DNA of 64,000 bases from Gekko japonicus. Taxonomy: Eukaryota. A model generated the notes under the pieces. That model ran no database searches. It was given only the letters and a program-made list of their open reading frames with translations, and was not told where the DNA came from. Below, in pieces: positions 45,956-59,585 of this stretch; position 1 is the stretch's first letter, and every line of letters starts with the position of its first letter. The translations under genes and the position numbers were made by a program. The stretch is taken from contig NW_015165830.1 of the NCBI RefSeq assembly GCF_001447785.1, positions 2,434,644 through 2,498,643 of the forward strand, written 5' to 3'.

Positions 45956-48900
45956 CTTTAGAAATGGGAGAAAGAAAAATATGTGAACTGAATATTAAAT
46001 TCTTTTCTGCATAAAAATCAAACTATCCCCAATATTAAGAAGGTCTGTCATCAGCTTAATGGAAATGAACATATATCCTATTATAATATATATACATTCA
46101 TCAGACAGGGTGACTAAATTATATACCTGGTATTTATTAAGCGAGTGCCAGGAAATCCTCCTACTGGTTTTGTTGAGGAGCAGACTGGATTCATATCCAT
46201 CTGTTCAACCATGCATAACTGTTCACACTCACATTAAAAGAAATCTGATAGTGCAGGTTTGTCTGCTACTTATCAGCCTTCAGCCCTATATACGACACAC
46301 TGAAGGGGAAACTTTTGAATACATGTTTCTGTTTCCACACTTTAATCAGAACTGTTAACCAAGACACTCCATTCTTATTTCTGACACATTCAGCAAGCTT
46401 ATCAACAGAACGTTCTTGCCCTCTAGCATGGGGGGGAGAACTGACAATTTTTTATTGCAGTGTTTCTTACTAGGGAAAACAACAGCTTTGCACACAAAAA
46501 TTCCCAGCAACCCCAGCTAAAAAGATCTCAATTAGCACTGCAAGTTACAGTAAACAATAGTGGGTGAGATAAGACAAATGTCTGATTCAGTACAAGGCAG
46601 CTTCATATGGTCTTTTCCCATTCTCAGGGTTGCCTATGCATCTTGTCAGCCTTAGGTAACTTTTTAAAAAGGAACATGTTGAACATTAATTACAACAGAA
46701 AAATATAATACTTGGTCAAACTGTGCTCTTTTGCCACTTGGGATACTCACAACATTGAATCTGAGGCCAATGCAAATGATCTAGACTTACAGCTTTTTGA
46801 CCAATTATTTATTCTATAATCAGGACATCTACTTCAAAGCTGAAGACTGACACACTGAGTAGAATACATCTTTTAGCTAACTAGGAGTAAGGCCCATTGT
46901 GGGAAGAAATACAACAAGCTGTGGCTGGTGGGGGGATGGAGAGAAGGGAAAATAGAGGGAGGCGAACCATGTTTATTTCCTTCTGCTTTGCTATAAGGTA
47001 GGACTGTCTCAAGTCATTTTGCTGCCCCAAGTGGGTAGTATGGGAGGAGAGCCGCATGACATGATTTCTGGGTTTCAAGAGTCTGTAAAGCAGTTCCGTA
47101 GCCAGCTACAGGGTTGGCAACTCTGGGTTGGGAAATACCTGTAGATCTGAGGGGTAGAGCCGGGGGGGGGGGGGACCTCAGCAGGGTATAATGCCATAGA
47201 GCCCACTGCCCAAAGCAGCCCTTTTCTCCAGGAGAACTTATCTTGGAGATCTCAAGGTGCCATCTGGAGGTTGGCAATACTAAGGGGAGGGCCAGGTTTG
47301 TTGAAGGACTTCAGTGAGGTATTATATCATAGAGCTCACCCTTCAAAGCAACAATTTTCTCCATGAGGACCGATCTCTGTAGTCTGGAGATCAGTTGTAA
47401 TTCAGAGAGATGTCCAGACCTTCCCTTTCCCCCCCCCAACCCCTTTTAATTCCAAAGATGCTTCCTGTTTAACACTGTAACTGATTAACAGTTTAATTGA
47501 CTCCCTGCTAATGACCCATGGCCTCTTGGGACTCCCAACTTGGGAGCTGTAGTTCTAATTCGCTTTGCTATGGTTGTAGCAAGGCCAGCTGAGAACTACA
47601 ACTTCCAAGGTGCAACGCATCGAAAATGTGGGTGTAAGAATGGAGCAGCCAGCGGGACGGGCCAAGGCAGCTTCCCCAGTGGCCAATGGGAGAGTAGGTG
47701 AGTCATTGCCAGCATGGCTTGCCTTTTATATACAGGATACCAGGATTGCCCAGTTACAGGTTATTCTTAAATACCAGCATAGGTTTTAAAACTGCTTCAC
47801 TCATCTATACAGGATCTCACCCTTCTTTGATTTCCAAGAAACACCCTCCTCATTTTTAGATGGTCTCGGGCCCCTTAATCTACAACACTGCATTTCAGTA
47901 ATGGCAGCACTGAGGGCATTTTGCGCTATTTATTTAGATGTCCTATAATTGTAATGATTGATACAAGCTTCTCCCCTGCAGTTAAAGGGCTGTAAACCAT
48001 TGATCAAATGTGCAAAAGAATATTTCTCGTTTGCAAATGACAGCAAGTAGGATATACATTGCTGCCTTAGCAGTAGCTAAAAACAACTGCATTTTAGTCA
48101 TGTTAATGTGCACTGTCTTTTAGCTTTGTAACCCATTTTCTACACTATGGTACATCATGCCTTATGAATTTTTTTTGTTCACATTGTTTTACAATTCTGT
48201 AATCCTAGTCCTACTGCATTGTTTACTGGATGTCTTGTCTACAGCTATCTGACCAAATTGTTTTTTACATTTTGTAATTCATCTTGTCTCTAGTTCCAGC
48301 TCCTGCCAACCTAGCAGTTCGAAAGCAAGAAATTGCAAGTAGATAAATAGGGACCACTTCGGTAGGAAGGTAACACCGTTCCGTGCGCCTTGGTGTTTAG
48401 TCATGCTGGCCACATGACCACGGAAACGTCTTCGGACAGCGCTGGCTCTTCGGCTTTGAAACGGAGATGAGCACCGCAACCCTAGAGTCGGATTCGACTG
48501 GCTTTCGAGCAAGGGAATCTTTACCTTTAATTCGTCTTGAGACTCATCAAGGAAGACAGGCTATACAAGTACTTGGATGGGAGACCTCCAAGGGATACCA
48601 GGGCCGGGATGCGGAGCCAGACAATAGCAAGCCACCTCTCTGAAACATCCAAGACCCACTAGGGGTCGCCAGAAGTCAACCATAACTTCCAGGCACACAC
48701 AGACAAAATACCTGCCCCCCCCCCCAAAAAAAAGAAAGGTAGGCTATAAATGAAATAAGCTGTCAGTTGGACAAATGTCAAGTTGTCTGATGTGCAAAAC
48801 TGCTCTGTGTTCTAAATCACTGCTCATGACTGTACTAGTTCAACTTTTAAAGCTGCGTTTATTTTGTAATTTCACTGTGGCCTATAGCTGAAACAACCCA

Positions 48901-51900
48901 TTTCATTGAACTTGGATGAGACCAGGCATGTCACAATAGTAAGGAGTCACTCCTCTGTCAGCAAGACTGTATGCAAATAGCACAGCCTGGAAGAACACCC
49001 TCTCTTTGCTTGCCGTGTGACTTTGTCACTGGCAGAGAGCTTTTGACATAGATCAGCATTTCAAAATATGATCCTCAACCTGCAGTTAGAAGTGGCACAA
49101 CTTAGTCTTGTGCTTCCTTGCCATCTTATGCCCCTGCATTTGCTTATTTCAAACAGTTTTATGCCACCTTTCCGCCTACCTTAGCCCACCCCACCCACCA
49201 ATGGTAATCAAACACATTTGAACCAGCTTTAAAAATACACACAAACATAATTATGCATGTGTGAAGCTGCCCTTAATCTCCACACACAGAAGGCAATTTT
49301 TTCACGAATCATCTGTCTGTTACTCTACCCAACTTTAAAGTTTAAGTGCCCTCTTACTTCACTACTATTTTAATGCATACACGCACACTGTTTTGTACTT
49401 ACTTGGATTTTCGCCATTTTCTTTCTTTCTGTGTTTATTCAGTTCCAGCTTTGCAGCTTTCAGAGCATCGTACTCCCTTCTCCTGCGTTCCTTCTCCTCT
49501 GCCTTTTCCCTCTTTCGCAGTTCCCGCTCTTGGGCCTCCCTTGCTCGTCGCTCTGCTTCACGTTTCTTCTCCAGTTCTAAGCATTGAAGCAAATGCAAGG
49601 TGTCCTCATTCATTCCAGAACCCTCCATCACATTACACTGACTTACGCGCCAACTGCAAATGAACCCAACTGCATGACAGACGATTCATCTGCAGGGCCA
49701 TTTGGGAAGTAAAGAAATCTCACTAAGTAAATCCCTCAACCAATACTGATAGGATTAAATTATTTTATGGAAATATCACATGACATCAAAGCCTGGACAA
49801 AGAATTCTGACAATTTATATGTTTTTTGCCCTTCCCCTCCAAGGTGGTTAGGGTGTCCCTCACACAATCTCATCAAATGAAATAATAGGCTGAGAGTCAG
49901 TGACGGTCCCAAAGTTACCCAGTGTACTCTGCAGTCAACTGGGAATTTCTATACCTAAGGCCAGTACTTTAGCCAGTTGCCCTGACCTGGATAGCTCAGG
50001 CTAGCCTGATCTTGGAAGCTATGTAGACTCAGCCCTGGTTATCAGAGGTCATTTCGGGGGGGATCGCGGGGGATCGCAGTTCCCCCGGGTGAGGTGCAAG
50101 GGGGCGGGGGCACACGATGAAGCCCCGCCCCTTGCTTCCGGCCACCCCGCTTCCGGCCCTCATTCAGCCAGGAGGAGGCAGGAGAAGAGGGAGAGTAAGT
50201 TGCTTCCTCCCCGCCTCTCCCCACCCCTGCCTGCCTGGGGCCAGGGAGGGCCTTGGCGGGGCTTCCTCGCACTCCCGCTGGCCTTGCAGGTCCACCGCCG
50301 GGCCCCTGATGTCAGGGGGTGTGGCATATGCTAATGAGTTATGCTAATGAGTTCCCCTAGCTCTTTTTCTACGAAACTACCCCTGCTGGTTATTATTTGG
50401 ATTTGAGACCACTGAGGGTTACTACACAGAGGGAGGCAGTGGCAAACTATCTCTGAATGTCTCCTGCTTTGAAAACCCTATGGGGGTCACCATAAGTTGA
50501 CTGTGATGGCATTAAAAATCCATACTGTAGCTGGTATACCACACTGGCTTTGTATCAGTTGTATGCGTGTGAGAGAAAATGCCCATACAATACATATTTT
50601 CAGCCATATAAAATACACATGTGTAATTTATTTCAAAATGTCTACATTTCTATCAAAATAGTCAACAAGTCACACACAGAAACGAGAGTCAGTTTTTTCT
50701 GTGTAGGGTTGCACTCCCCTAAAGGAACAGGACTGTTGTATGTGTTTTGGGTGTGGGTGGGTGGGCTACTGTTAGATCCATGCCTGTAGATGGAGCATCA
50801 GGTTTTCTCTGTGGTAAATAGTGTCTGTAACTAACTTCAGTTGGTGAACCAGCTATGGCCTTTCGTTGAAAAGAGAGATTTCAACACGGTTATCCATGCT
50901 CCATTGACTAGATTAATGTCATTCCTTCTACATGGGACTACCTATGAAGACTAGCTGGAATGGTTCAGAATACAGCAGCAAGATTGTTAACTGATGCAGG
51001 GTTATATAGAACATAACCTGCTGGTTTAAAAAGAATTACACTGGTTGCCTGCTTGTTTCCCAGTGTAATGAAGTGCAAGTTCTTACCTATGTCTGGAAAC
51101 AATGTTAATGACTGCTTACTTTCATACAAGGCTGCTCACTGGTTGCATCCGAAGCAAGGTGGATAGTAACCAGACACACACCCTTTTCTATGGTGGCATC
51201 TCAACCATGGAATGACCTCTCCATAGCAGTCTGCCTGGCGTCTAGCTTGTTAAGCTTCAGGCATGTTGTTTTTATTCTTCCAGATATTTGTGGATTGATT
51301 TGAAGCTGATTGTTGTATGCTTTGACGGACTGCACTTTCTATTTTTAAACCCAAATATTTCCAACCCAAAATTTCGCCCTCTTCATTTTTTGCTATTTTA
51401 ATGGGAGGTTTTGCAGACAAGTGTCATTATTTTTGCCACTGTGTAATAGTTTATTATCATTTGTTCTTAAGTTTTTGTCTCATTCTGTTGGGAGCCACTT
51501 CACGCATGGTTTTGAGAGTGTGGCTAATAGTTTGAATAAAATAAAAAATACCCCAAACATGAAACCAACATTAAAAACATTTCAGTGTTTAAATAACAAT
51601 TTAAGAGTAGAATTGTAGTCCCCTGCCCCCCATTCCACCATTGCTAAATGGTCATCTGAACAAACCCCATAATAACTTAATAACATAACATAATAGCTTT
51701 GTCCTGTAATTGTAAATGCCAGTGAGCTCCAAGTCTGAATTTCGCTACTTTATGCTAAATTTGCACACCGGAAGTCAGAGATGGGAGGAGCTGACAACCA
51801 TTCCCGAGTGAACTACCAGTGCTGGAACATCCTTCCTTTTACAGACCAATGTGGCAAGATCTCCATTCTACCTCTCATCCATTTTGATGTATGCATTTTG

Positions 51901-54900
51901 AAGAGTCGATCTGGAACAGTAGTTTTCATGCCTCTAATGATGAAAGTGAGCTCTTATGTCACATAAATCAAAGATTATAAGCAGCCTACACACCAGAAAG
52001 TGAGCTGGATAACTAAAGTTTACCTCGCTCTGCCTGTAGCTTTCGTTGCCTCTCACGATCCAGCTCAGACTGGATAGACTTCATATACTGCAGAACCTTT
52101 GAGACCCAAAAACAACTTGCATGAGATTTGTTTTCTCACTGATGTTTTTAGCACAGAAACAAGAAGGGTAGCTGTAAGTGGCAACAGGAATTCAATTTTA
52201 ACTCAGGAAACCCAAAACGTAACTGAGGAAAGATGTACTGAAGGAGAGTAAATTTGGCTAACTAGTCTTCAAGGAGAACTGTGTCTCCGGTTGCTTTCAG
52301 AAAATAAGGATGGGAAGACTAAGGGTTATATCTTGTCCAGCTCCTCAAGCTCACAAGGCAAGATCACCTTCCCATCTACAAGGAGCAATTCATGCAATCC
52401 AGAGCACAGTGCCCCACAAGCAGAGGACAAAAACATGGAGTGGTGCCTGCACAGCAAACAACTCCAGATGAATGAAGCAAGTGACCAAAGTCACACATTA
52501 CAAAAAGGGGGAAAGCAAAACCCAGGCCTCCAGCCAATTTGTCCAGGAAAGAATTCCTTTCCAGGAAAGCTAACAATTCAGCTGGACCCTGAACATTAGC
52601 ATGTAACTTTTTCATACATGGCTCTTCAATAAGGGACTTTATCCATACATTCCCCTATGTTTGCTCTTGAATCCTGAAGAGCAAACAAAGTTTAAAAAGA
52701 AAAGGCAGAACCAGCGGCAGCATTAATGAGGGTTAATGCTCATGCACACATCCTCAACATCCTTCTGAATGCAGAGTCAAGGACCAGTGGTAACCTACCC
52801 TTCTGGTCATCCTCATGCGGTCCGTAAATATATCAGCACCAAATTACTCTAGAATGACCTTTGAAGTGCCATTAGGTTAATTTGGAACATATATGAAAAT
52901 TAATAAAATGCTGTACATATATACTGAATGCATCACTTTCTGTGTTTCATTAATTATAATATAATTATTGAGCATTAAGCCTTAGAGTACATTAGATAAA
53001 AACCCAAAAATAGTAAATCCCCCTCTGTCACTCAAACATGCTGGGGAAACCTGGGCCACTCGTTCTCTCCCCGAGTTTACTGATGGAAAGCTGGGATAAA
53101 AATGTCATATACACATCTTGCTTTTTAATCAAAAACTGATGGCTGGTAGAAATCGACTACAATTGACAAAGTGTCCGTCAGGGATTCTCAGCAGAGCTGA
53201 ATTCAGAAATGATGGAAAGAGGCCTGGCTGCTTCCTGCCCTTCTCTGATGATAGCTGGAAAGTGTTCTCAGCTAGTGATAGCTGGAAAGTGTTCTCAGCT
53301 AGAATTCGAGTTCAGGCACAATGGAGGAGTACAAGCGGCTTCCTCAAGAAATAGCAGCTTTTATGGAGGACAAAGGGCAGCATCTAAATAAAGACAAAAT
53401 GCAAACAAGTTTAACTTACCCTAACAGCAGCCTGCTTACACTGCTTTTCATCCAAGCAATCTCCAGCTACCTTAGCCAGTGAGGGGTCCAGTGGGTTGTC
53501 CTTCAGATCCAGCCACTTCAGGTTCTGTTGAACAGGACCAAACATGGGACCTGAACAGGTCAGTGGCTAATATTCTCCACGTTTTCATTCCTTGAAACTA
53601 TTACTTATCCTATTAAAGGTAAAGGTTCCCTTGCTCGAAAGCCAGTCGAATCCGACTCTAGGGTTGCGGTGCTCATCTCCGTTTCAAAGCCGAAGAGCCA
53701 GCGCTGTCCGAAGACATTTCCGTGGTCATGTGCCCGGCATGACTAAACACCAAGGCGCACGGAACACTGTTACCTTCCCACTGAAGCGGTACCTATTTAT
53801 CTACTTGCAATTTCTTGCTTTCGAACTGCTAGGTTGGCAGAAGCTGGAACTAGAGATGGGAGCTCACTCCGTCCTGTGGCACACTTGGGTCTCGAACTGC
53901 TGAACTACTGACCTTCCACAGCCTGCAGTTCAACATCTTAACCACTTGAGCCACCGCAGCTCCACTTATCCACTTATTAAAAAAAAAAAAAACTTATCCT
54001 ATTACTACTACTCAAAAGGCCCTAGATTCTGAGCAAACTTGAGAAACATAGCCACATTAGAGACACTATCTCACAGACCAGGCTTAACCCCTTATTTCTG
54101 CAGTCTTCTAGACAATTCTCATGCAGTGAGACAAACAACTGCTTCTGAGGCTTTAGTTCTACTATGGAGGCAGCAGATAAGTCATGTGCTACTAAGCACA
54201 TGCCTGCTAGGGAGCTGGTTAGCCCATCAGCAAGATGAATAATTACCCAAGCTTTTGGTGTGGAATGCAACAGCTGCAGGTAGCAGAACTTTTAAAAAGT
54301 AGCACCACACTTCAAAGAGCTACAATTATTGTGAGATGAAAAGAATGTCAGTAACAGAACCACCGCAAAAGACAAAGTGGGGGGACTTAACCCAAAAATA
54401 ATTGAATTAAGAACCAAAAAGTTAAGGACATCAGAATATAAGCACCCAATAATTCTATGTATAAGCTTAAAGCATAAATATTACCAAATATACAAAAATA
54501 TACATATTTATTGTAAATTCAATAAAAACAAAAACAGGCCCAAGTAATAGCCTCAATTCAGAATAAAATTACACATTAATCTCAAAGACAGACCATGTTT
54601 TGGCCAATTGGCCTTCCTCAGTGGTCAAACAATATTGTTACAGAATGGCTCCAGACACTGCAATAGTACAGACATTTCTTAGACCAAGGTGAGATTGCTT
54701 TATAATCATAATCTGTGACCTAAGGCAGAGATATTAATCAGAGGCCCCAGTGCACTTCAAAGAGCTACAATTATTGTGAGAGGAAAGGAATGTCAGTAAC
54801 AGAACCACAAAAGAGAGACCAAGAGTCTCCAACCTTTTTGAGCCTGTGGGCAGCTTTGGAATTCTGACACGGGGTGATGGGAGCAGCCACCAAATGGCTG

Positions 54901-57900
54901 CCACAGGAAGCAGAGCCACACATGCAGAGGAAGCCAAAGTGCAAGGGGAGAAGAGGGCAATAAAAAAAAAACACTATTGGGAAAGAGAAGTGAGACAGAA
55001 TACAAACGACATTGTGGTGGCAGAGCTGCTGCTGCTGAAACAGTGTTATTTTTATCTGCAGAGCCAATCAGATCTCAAGCGGCCACTCAGGGGCCCTTGC
55101 TGGGCAAGAGGAGTGCTCCCCTCATTTCCTAAAAATAGTTGGTGGGTGCCAGAAATGTGGTTGTTGGGTACCATGATGCCCGTGGAAGCCATGCTGGGGA
55201 CCTGTGATACAGACATTTATACCAATGCCAGACTTTCATGTAGCAGTTCCTCTGAGAAGCAGTAATGAATGAAAAGTGTGGTAGAAATATAACAGTAGTA
55301 AACTGATTGTCTGAAACATTTACTCAGAAATTATTCCGTTTTTTAGTGAGTGTGGAAACAGAATTTGGAAGGGAACAGTCCCCAGTGCAAATAATGAATT
55401 TAAGAAGAAAGGGCTACCTGACCAATCTTATGAAAGCAACTCCCCTGCCCAAGAAGATGTGTTTACTAGCTATCTCTATTGATAAGGCTACATAAATTAC
55501 AACAGAGTTCACAATAATTAATCTTAAAGAATCAACCCATTAAAAAGTCTAGTCTCCTCACACAGAGAAATAGGGACAGGAAATTAATTGAGTTAGTGAG
55601 GTTTCTCAAGGGCTGCTATAAATGTTTGCTAGAATGTGAACTTCTACCCACATTTGCCAGGAAAACCAATTTTCACTAGAGAAATAAACAATGGAATGAT
55701 TTTGAGTATGCTCTGGGCTGAAATCCAAGACCAGACTTCATTGGGGGGGGGGGTGAGTGAGAGAATTACCTTGAGTTGTGCAAAACTGACTGGCAAGGTA
55801 ACTAATCGATTGTTCAGAAGGTCCAGGTGTTGCAAGTTAACCAAACGACCAAAGTCCAAAGGCAGCTGTTGAAGCTGATTTTTACTCAGGTCCAATTTCA
55901 CCAAGTGGGTCAAACTGCAGAAGTCTGACTGGAACCCAAATACAAGTGAAAAAAGAGTTCAATGACCATCTTATCTAAAAGCTGAGACATACAGAAACGT
56001 GAGCTGTGGAAGACAGAGTAGAAAACACAAAAAAAGACCCATACATCCTGGTCACTCTCTCCCAGTTGTTTTTTTTTTTAACCTCCAACATTCCTCCAAG
56101 CATCTCAGGTCATGGTTCTCCTATGCCCTATCGTATTCTTAAAACAACCTTGTGAAGTAGATTAGGGTGAGAGATGATGACTAGCCCAAGGCCACCAACA
56201 ATGCTATCCTAAGCAGAGTTTTACCCTTCTAGGCCCATTGCTGCTGATGGGCTTAGAAGACCGTAACTATGTTCAGGTTGGCACTACCAAGCTTTGTGAC
56301 AAAGCAGGAATCTGAATCCAGAGCTCACCAGTCTATCCCAACCATTATATAAGACATTATAGAACCATTATATAAGACAGGCTCTTCCTATTGTGACTTC
56401 CCTCATACTAGGAGTACAAACAGAAAAATATGCAACACACAGAGCTTCCTTTAATCATACAAAAATAATCATAGGTCCTGTAGTTCACTAAAAGGGTTGA
56501 CATTCTAGTTCCAGAAACTTTGACCCCAATGTTTCTCCCCGATTTAGTCCCTTAAGATCACTAACTTCCAACATCCTCCACTGGCACATTTGTAATCTCT
56601 CACAACTGTAGCTGTCCATCCACTTTGAGTTTAAAGGACCTGCCATCAACAGGTGGCATGTACACATTCGTTCTCCAAAAAAAGTTAGGTGTATTTTACC
56701 TACTCCTCACCATATACCACTGATCAACATTAAGACCATAGGAAAAGCATGAGAATTACAGCTACCAGTATTAGTACATGCCCACGCTGAGTAGGCTTTA
56801 CTTAACTGATTTCTATATTGAAAGACTGTTAAAAGGGTAAGGTTATGACTTACTGGTAAAGAGGTGAGGTTGTTACAGGACAGGTCCAAAACAGTAGCCT
56901 TTGGAAGCCCTGCCTGAAAGAGAACCAAAGAGCCAAATTAATTCTGTCAGCTGGCTACAGGACTCCATAAAGACTAAAATAAAGGCAAAAAGCCCCTCAG
57001 TGATGCAGTTTCAAGTTCAAGTTAGCCTTTATTGGCATAAATTGTTGATACAGAATATACCATTTAAGAGCAAAATAAAAACATGACCCACAGGTACATT
57101 TGTCTCTAGAATCCTTTGGCGTAGCTTTAAAGCAGAGTGGAGTAACTCGGCCACCTTCTCGGTGATGTCAGAGGAGAAGTCATTCAGAAGTCTGTATCTG
57201 GAGCGCATCAGAGCAGTCCATCATACTGCTTAAAATAGAATGTAAATATATAGATCCACATACAGGTGACAATGCAAAAGAACATGAGTAATTGACTCAT
57301 TTTCATTTGCAAGGGCAATGTCTGGCTGAACGAGGTACCTTGTTAAATCTGCCATGTAAATGGCTGAAGGCATAGCGTTATATCAGGCCAGAGTAAACAC
57401 TCTATGTTGTTGTTGAACCTGCAGGGAAGATAAATGTGAAGCCATCTTCCCTGTAGTAAGAGGTATTTCGAAACTCAAAGGGAAGCAGATTTTATTGGCT
57501 AAACTGTATAACCTCTGGCAGTAAATGTCTAACACCCTGTTTTTAATCTGTTGAAATGCAGCAGCGGAGGGCAACATAGACCCAATACTTTGATTTTTTT
57601 TGGCAATGTGTGCTGACCAATTTGACACATTGAGCTCAGAGAGCATGTGGTATATGAAGCTCCCAGATTCAAAATTATATTGTATGCGTAGCCAGTATTT
57701 GAATGTCATAAGCCATGCACAAGTTTCCATTAAAGACCGACCTGTTTCTAGATATATAACTGCATTTGAAACACATTTGGGCCAGCCCAGAATTTTCCGC
57801 AGGAATTTAGATTGGACATGCTCAATGGCACAGTCAAAGGACCCTATCCAAATCAGAATACCATACAGTAATTGTGAGATCACTTTGGACATAAAATGTT

Positions 57901-59585
57901 ATTGCAGCCAGCACAAATTGGTTGCCTCTGCAGTAAAAGAACCCTGGTATAGCCGATCCACTAGTGCTAGCTGCCTTCACTGCATGTTTGCAGTGGATAG
58001 TGGTGGATAGACTAGGTTACATTGTACTGAAAGTAAATTCCTAGATATTTGAAGTATTTAACTTGTTCTGTCTCTTTGTGATTGAAAGCCCATTTATTTG
58101 ATCTCCACTTTTTAGAGAACACTAGGATTTTTGACTTGTCATAGTTCAGCTGGAGCTTATTACTGGTGAAAAAAGCAATACAGCGAGTCAACAGATGTCT
58201 TAAACCAACTCTGTATCATTGGCATAAAGTAGTACAGGTACATGTGTTGCACCAAGTTTTGGACTATGACAGTCAGCACCAAATAGCTGGGCAGCAAGGA
58301 CACTGAGGAAAATGTTAAATAAAAAGGAAGCTAAAATGCCACCCTGTTTAACGCCCTTGTTTGCAGCAATCTTCGGTGTCAGGCTGCCTGCTACAGTGAA
58401 CATTTGATCTGACAAGTATTGAAAGTGTAACAATTCTTAATGAGCAAAAGAAGTCTCTTGTTCATATTCAGCCGATCTAAATTAATCCAAAGAAGGTCCC
58501 TGTCAACGGAATCGAATGCACGTTTCAAATCCAGGAAAGCCACGTATAATTTCTGGTTATTCCACACAGTGTAATCAACTAAATGAGATAAAGTGGTCTT
58601 TCCTTTGCAAAAACCCAGCTGTTCAGAGCCAAGAATTTTTTCCTGTGTCATCCAAAGATTAAGCTTGATGAAAAGATGCTTAGCATATAATTTAACAATA
58701 ATGGATAGTAGGCCAATCGGCCTATAATTGGCAGGGTTAGTATGATCACCTTTTGTATATAACAGAACCACTATTGCATTCAACCAGCCAAAGGGCTTAT
58801 GCCTGTTCTATCTACCATTGTAAATAGAGATGCAAGGAGAGGGGCCCACCAGTTTTTAGAGTTCTTTACTTGCCACAACATAGATAAAACTTTTTCAAGC
58901 AGCTTCCTATTTTAAATAGCCAACAAATCGTATTTTACAGATGCTGATTATTATCACAAACCTTCCCATTTATGCCAATTCTGTGTTTCAACTGTGTTCT
59001 TTTGAAAGCTGGCTGCCTAAGCTAAACAAATCTTTCTGGTCATCATCCACTCCAGAAAGAGAATTTGTTAACTACTATTTGCTTACAGGGATCAAGAGAA
59101 AAGGCACCCAGCAGCAGCACTCACACTATTTAGGCTGGGATTCCTATTCATTATAGTTATATTACAGTTACCTGTACATACCTTGGAAACAAGGTGGCAA
59201 ACCAACCTACCTTTATGCCAATTCTGTTCCCTGAAATCTACAGATGATGCAAATTTCAAGGCTGTTTTTGTCTTCTTGTGAGAAGAAATACATATTCTCA
59301 AACAGACACACTTATGGTTTAAGCTTGTTTTACAAGTAAATCTAAAATTGTAACAGCAAAATTAACCAATTTCTCAATATGTATTCAAAATCTTACTAGA
59401 GCCATTACATTCACAGAGACTGCACAGATTCCTACAATCCCTTGACATGTATTACTATCCGTAGGAAACTAGATACCAACCAGCTCTTTAACTGGCACCT
59501 CATTCAAGTCACACAAACTTAAGTCCAACTCATTGCCTTCCAGTTTGTCCTTCAGAGTCACTCCTTTTGCTCCAAATTTTGCCAT
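45714..59585 (-). CDS. LRRC59: Leucine-rich repeat-containing protein 59 (p34), 7 coding exons, 305 aa
   Basis: Exons 59585-59481, 56913-56854, 55928-55770, 53524-53420, 52096-52024, 49576-49403 and 45955-45714 join in frame (918 nt): LRRs ([40 protein letters not shown]), coiled coil ([23 protein letters not shown]) and C-terminal TM ([20 protein letters not shown]). Confidence 0.97.
48287..48527 (+). mobile_element. Sauria SINE (5'-truncated)
   Basis: Near-identical to 21693-21945; TSD taattc(a/g)tcttg. Confidence 0.88.
49403..49576 (-). CDS. LRRC59: LRRC59 coding exon 6
   Basis: [43 protein letters not shown]...ENP. Confidence 0.95.
49977..50512 (+). mobile_element. 5S rRNA-derived SINE interrupted by hAT family B
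   Basis: gatcttggaagcta...ccctggtta|tatttggatttgagacc resembles 5S rRNA gatctcggaagctaagcagggtcgggcctggttagtacttggatgggagacc; second partial copy ~48569-48695. Confidence 0.65.
50043..50385 (-). mobile_element. Solo non-autonomous hAT element (family B)
   Basis: Same ends and GC-rich interior as 40302-40732, inverted; perfect 8-bp TSD ctggttat. Confidence 0.9.
50870..51545 (+). mobile_element. Old L2 3' fragment
   Basis: Decayed VIHA...RLD...GLP...[10 protein letters not shown]...ELHWLP; aataaa tail. Confidence 0.65.
52024..52096 (-). CDS. LRRC59: LRRC59 coding exon 5
   Basis: [24 protein letters not shown]. Confidence 0.94.
53420..53524 (-). CDS. LRRC59: LRRC59 coding exon 4
   Basis: [35 protein letters not shown]. 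Confidence 0.96.
53616..53963 (-). mobile_element. Sauria SINE (near full length)
   Basis: tRNA-like head ggagctgcggtggctcaagtggttaag, ACCTTT tail, flanking repeat acttatcctatta. Confidence 0.88.
54587..54626 (-). ncRNA. Degenerate minimal type-I hammerhead ribozyme motif
   Basis: GACCA-CUGAGGA-A-GGCC(AAUU)GGCC-AAAAC-AUG-GUC-UGUC; GAAA changed to AAAA. Confidence 0.6.
55770..55928 (-). CDS. LRRC59: LRRC59 coding exon 3
   Basis: [53 protein letters not shown]. Confidence 0.96.
56854..56913 (-). CDS. LRRC59: LRRC59 coding exon 2
   Basis: [20 protein letters not shown]. Confidence 0.95.
57010..58860 (-). mobile_element. Decayed non-LTR retrotransposon RT region (clade uncertain, RTE-X-like)
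   Basis: [47 protein letters not shown]; AATAAAGG + (ACTTGA)n tail. Confidence 0.85.
59481..59585 (-). CDS. LRRC59: LRRC59 coding exon 1
   Basis: [35 protein letters not shown]. Confidence 0.95.

Noticed and set aside
53248-53301. 27-bp tandem duplication (similar small ones at ~56341-56378 and ~60202-60249)
   Set aside because: Ordinary slippage duplications with two units and no spacers; not CRISPR-like.
54846-55265. 139-aa ORF and other 60-170 aa ORFs in introns or antisense to exons
   Set aside because: No domains; they overlap repeats or are shadows of real exons.
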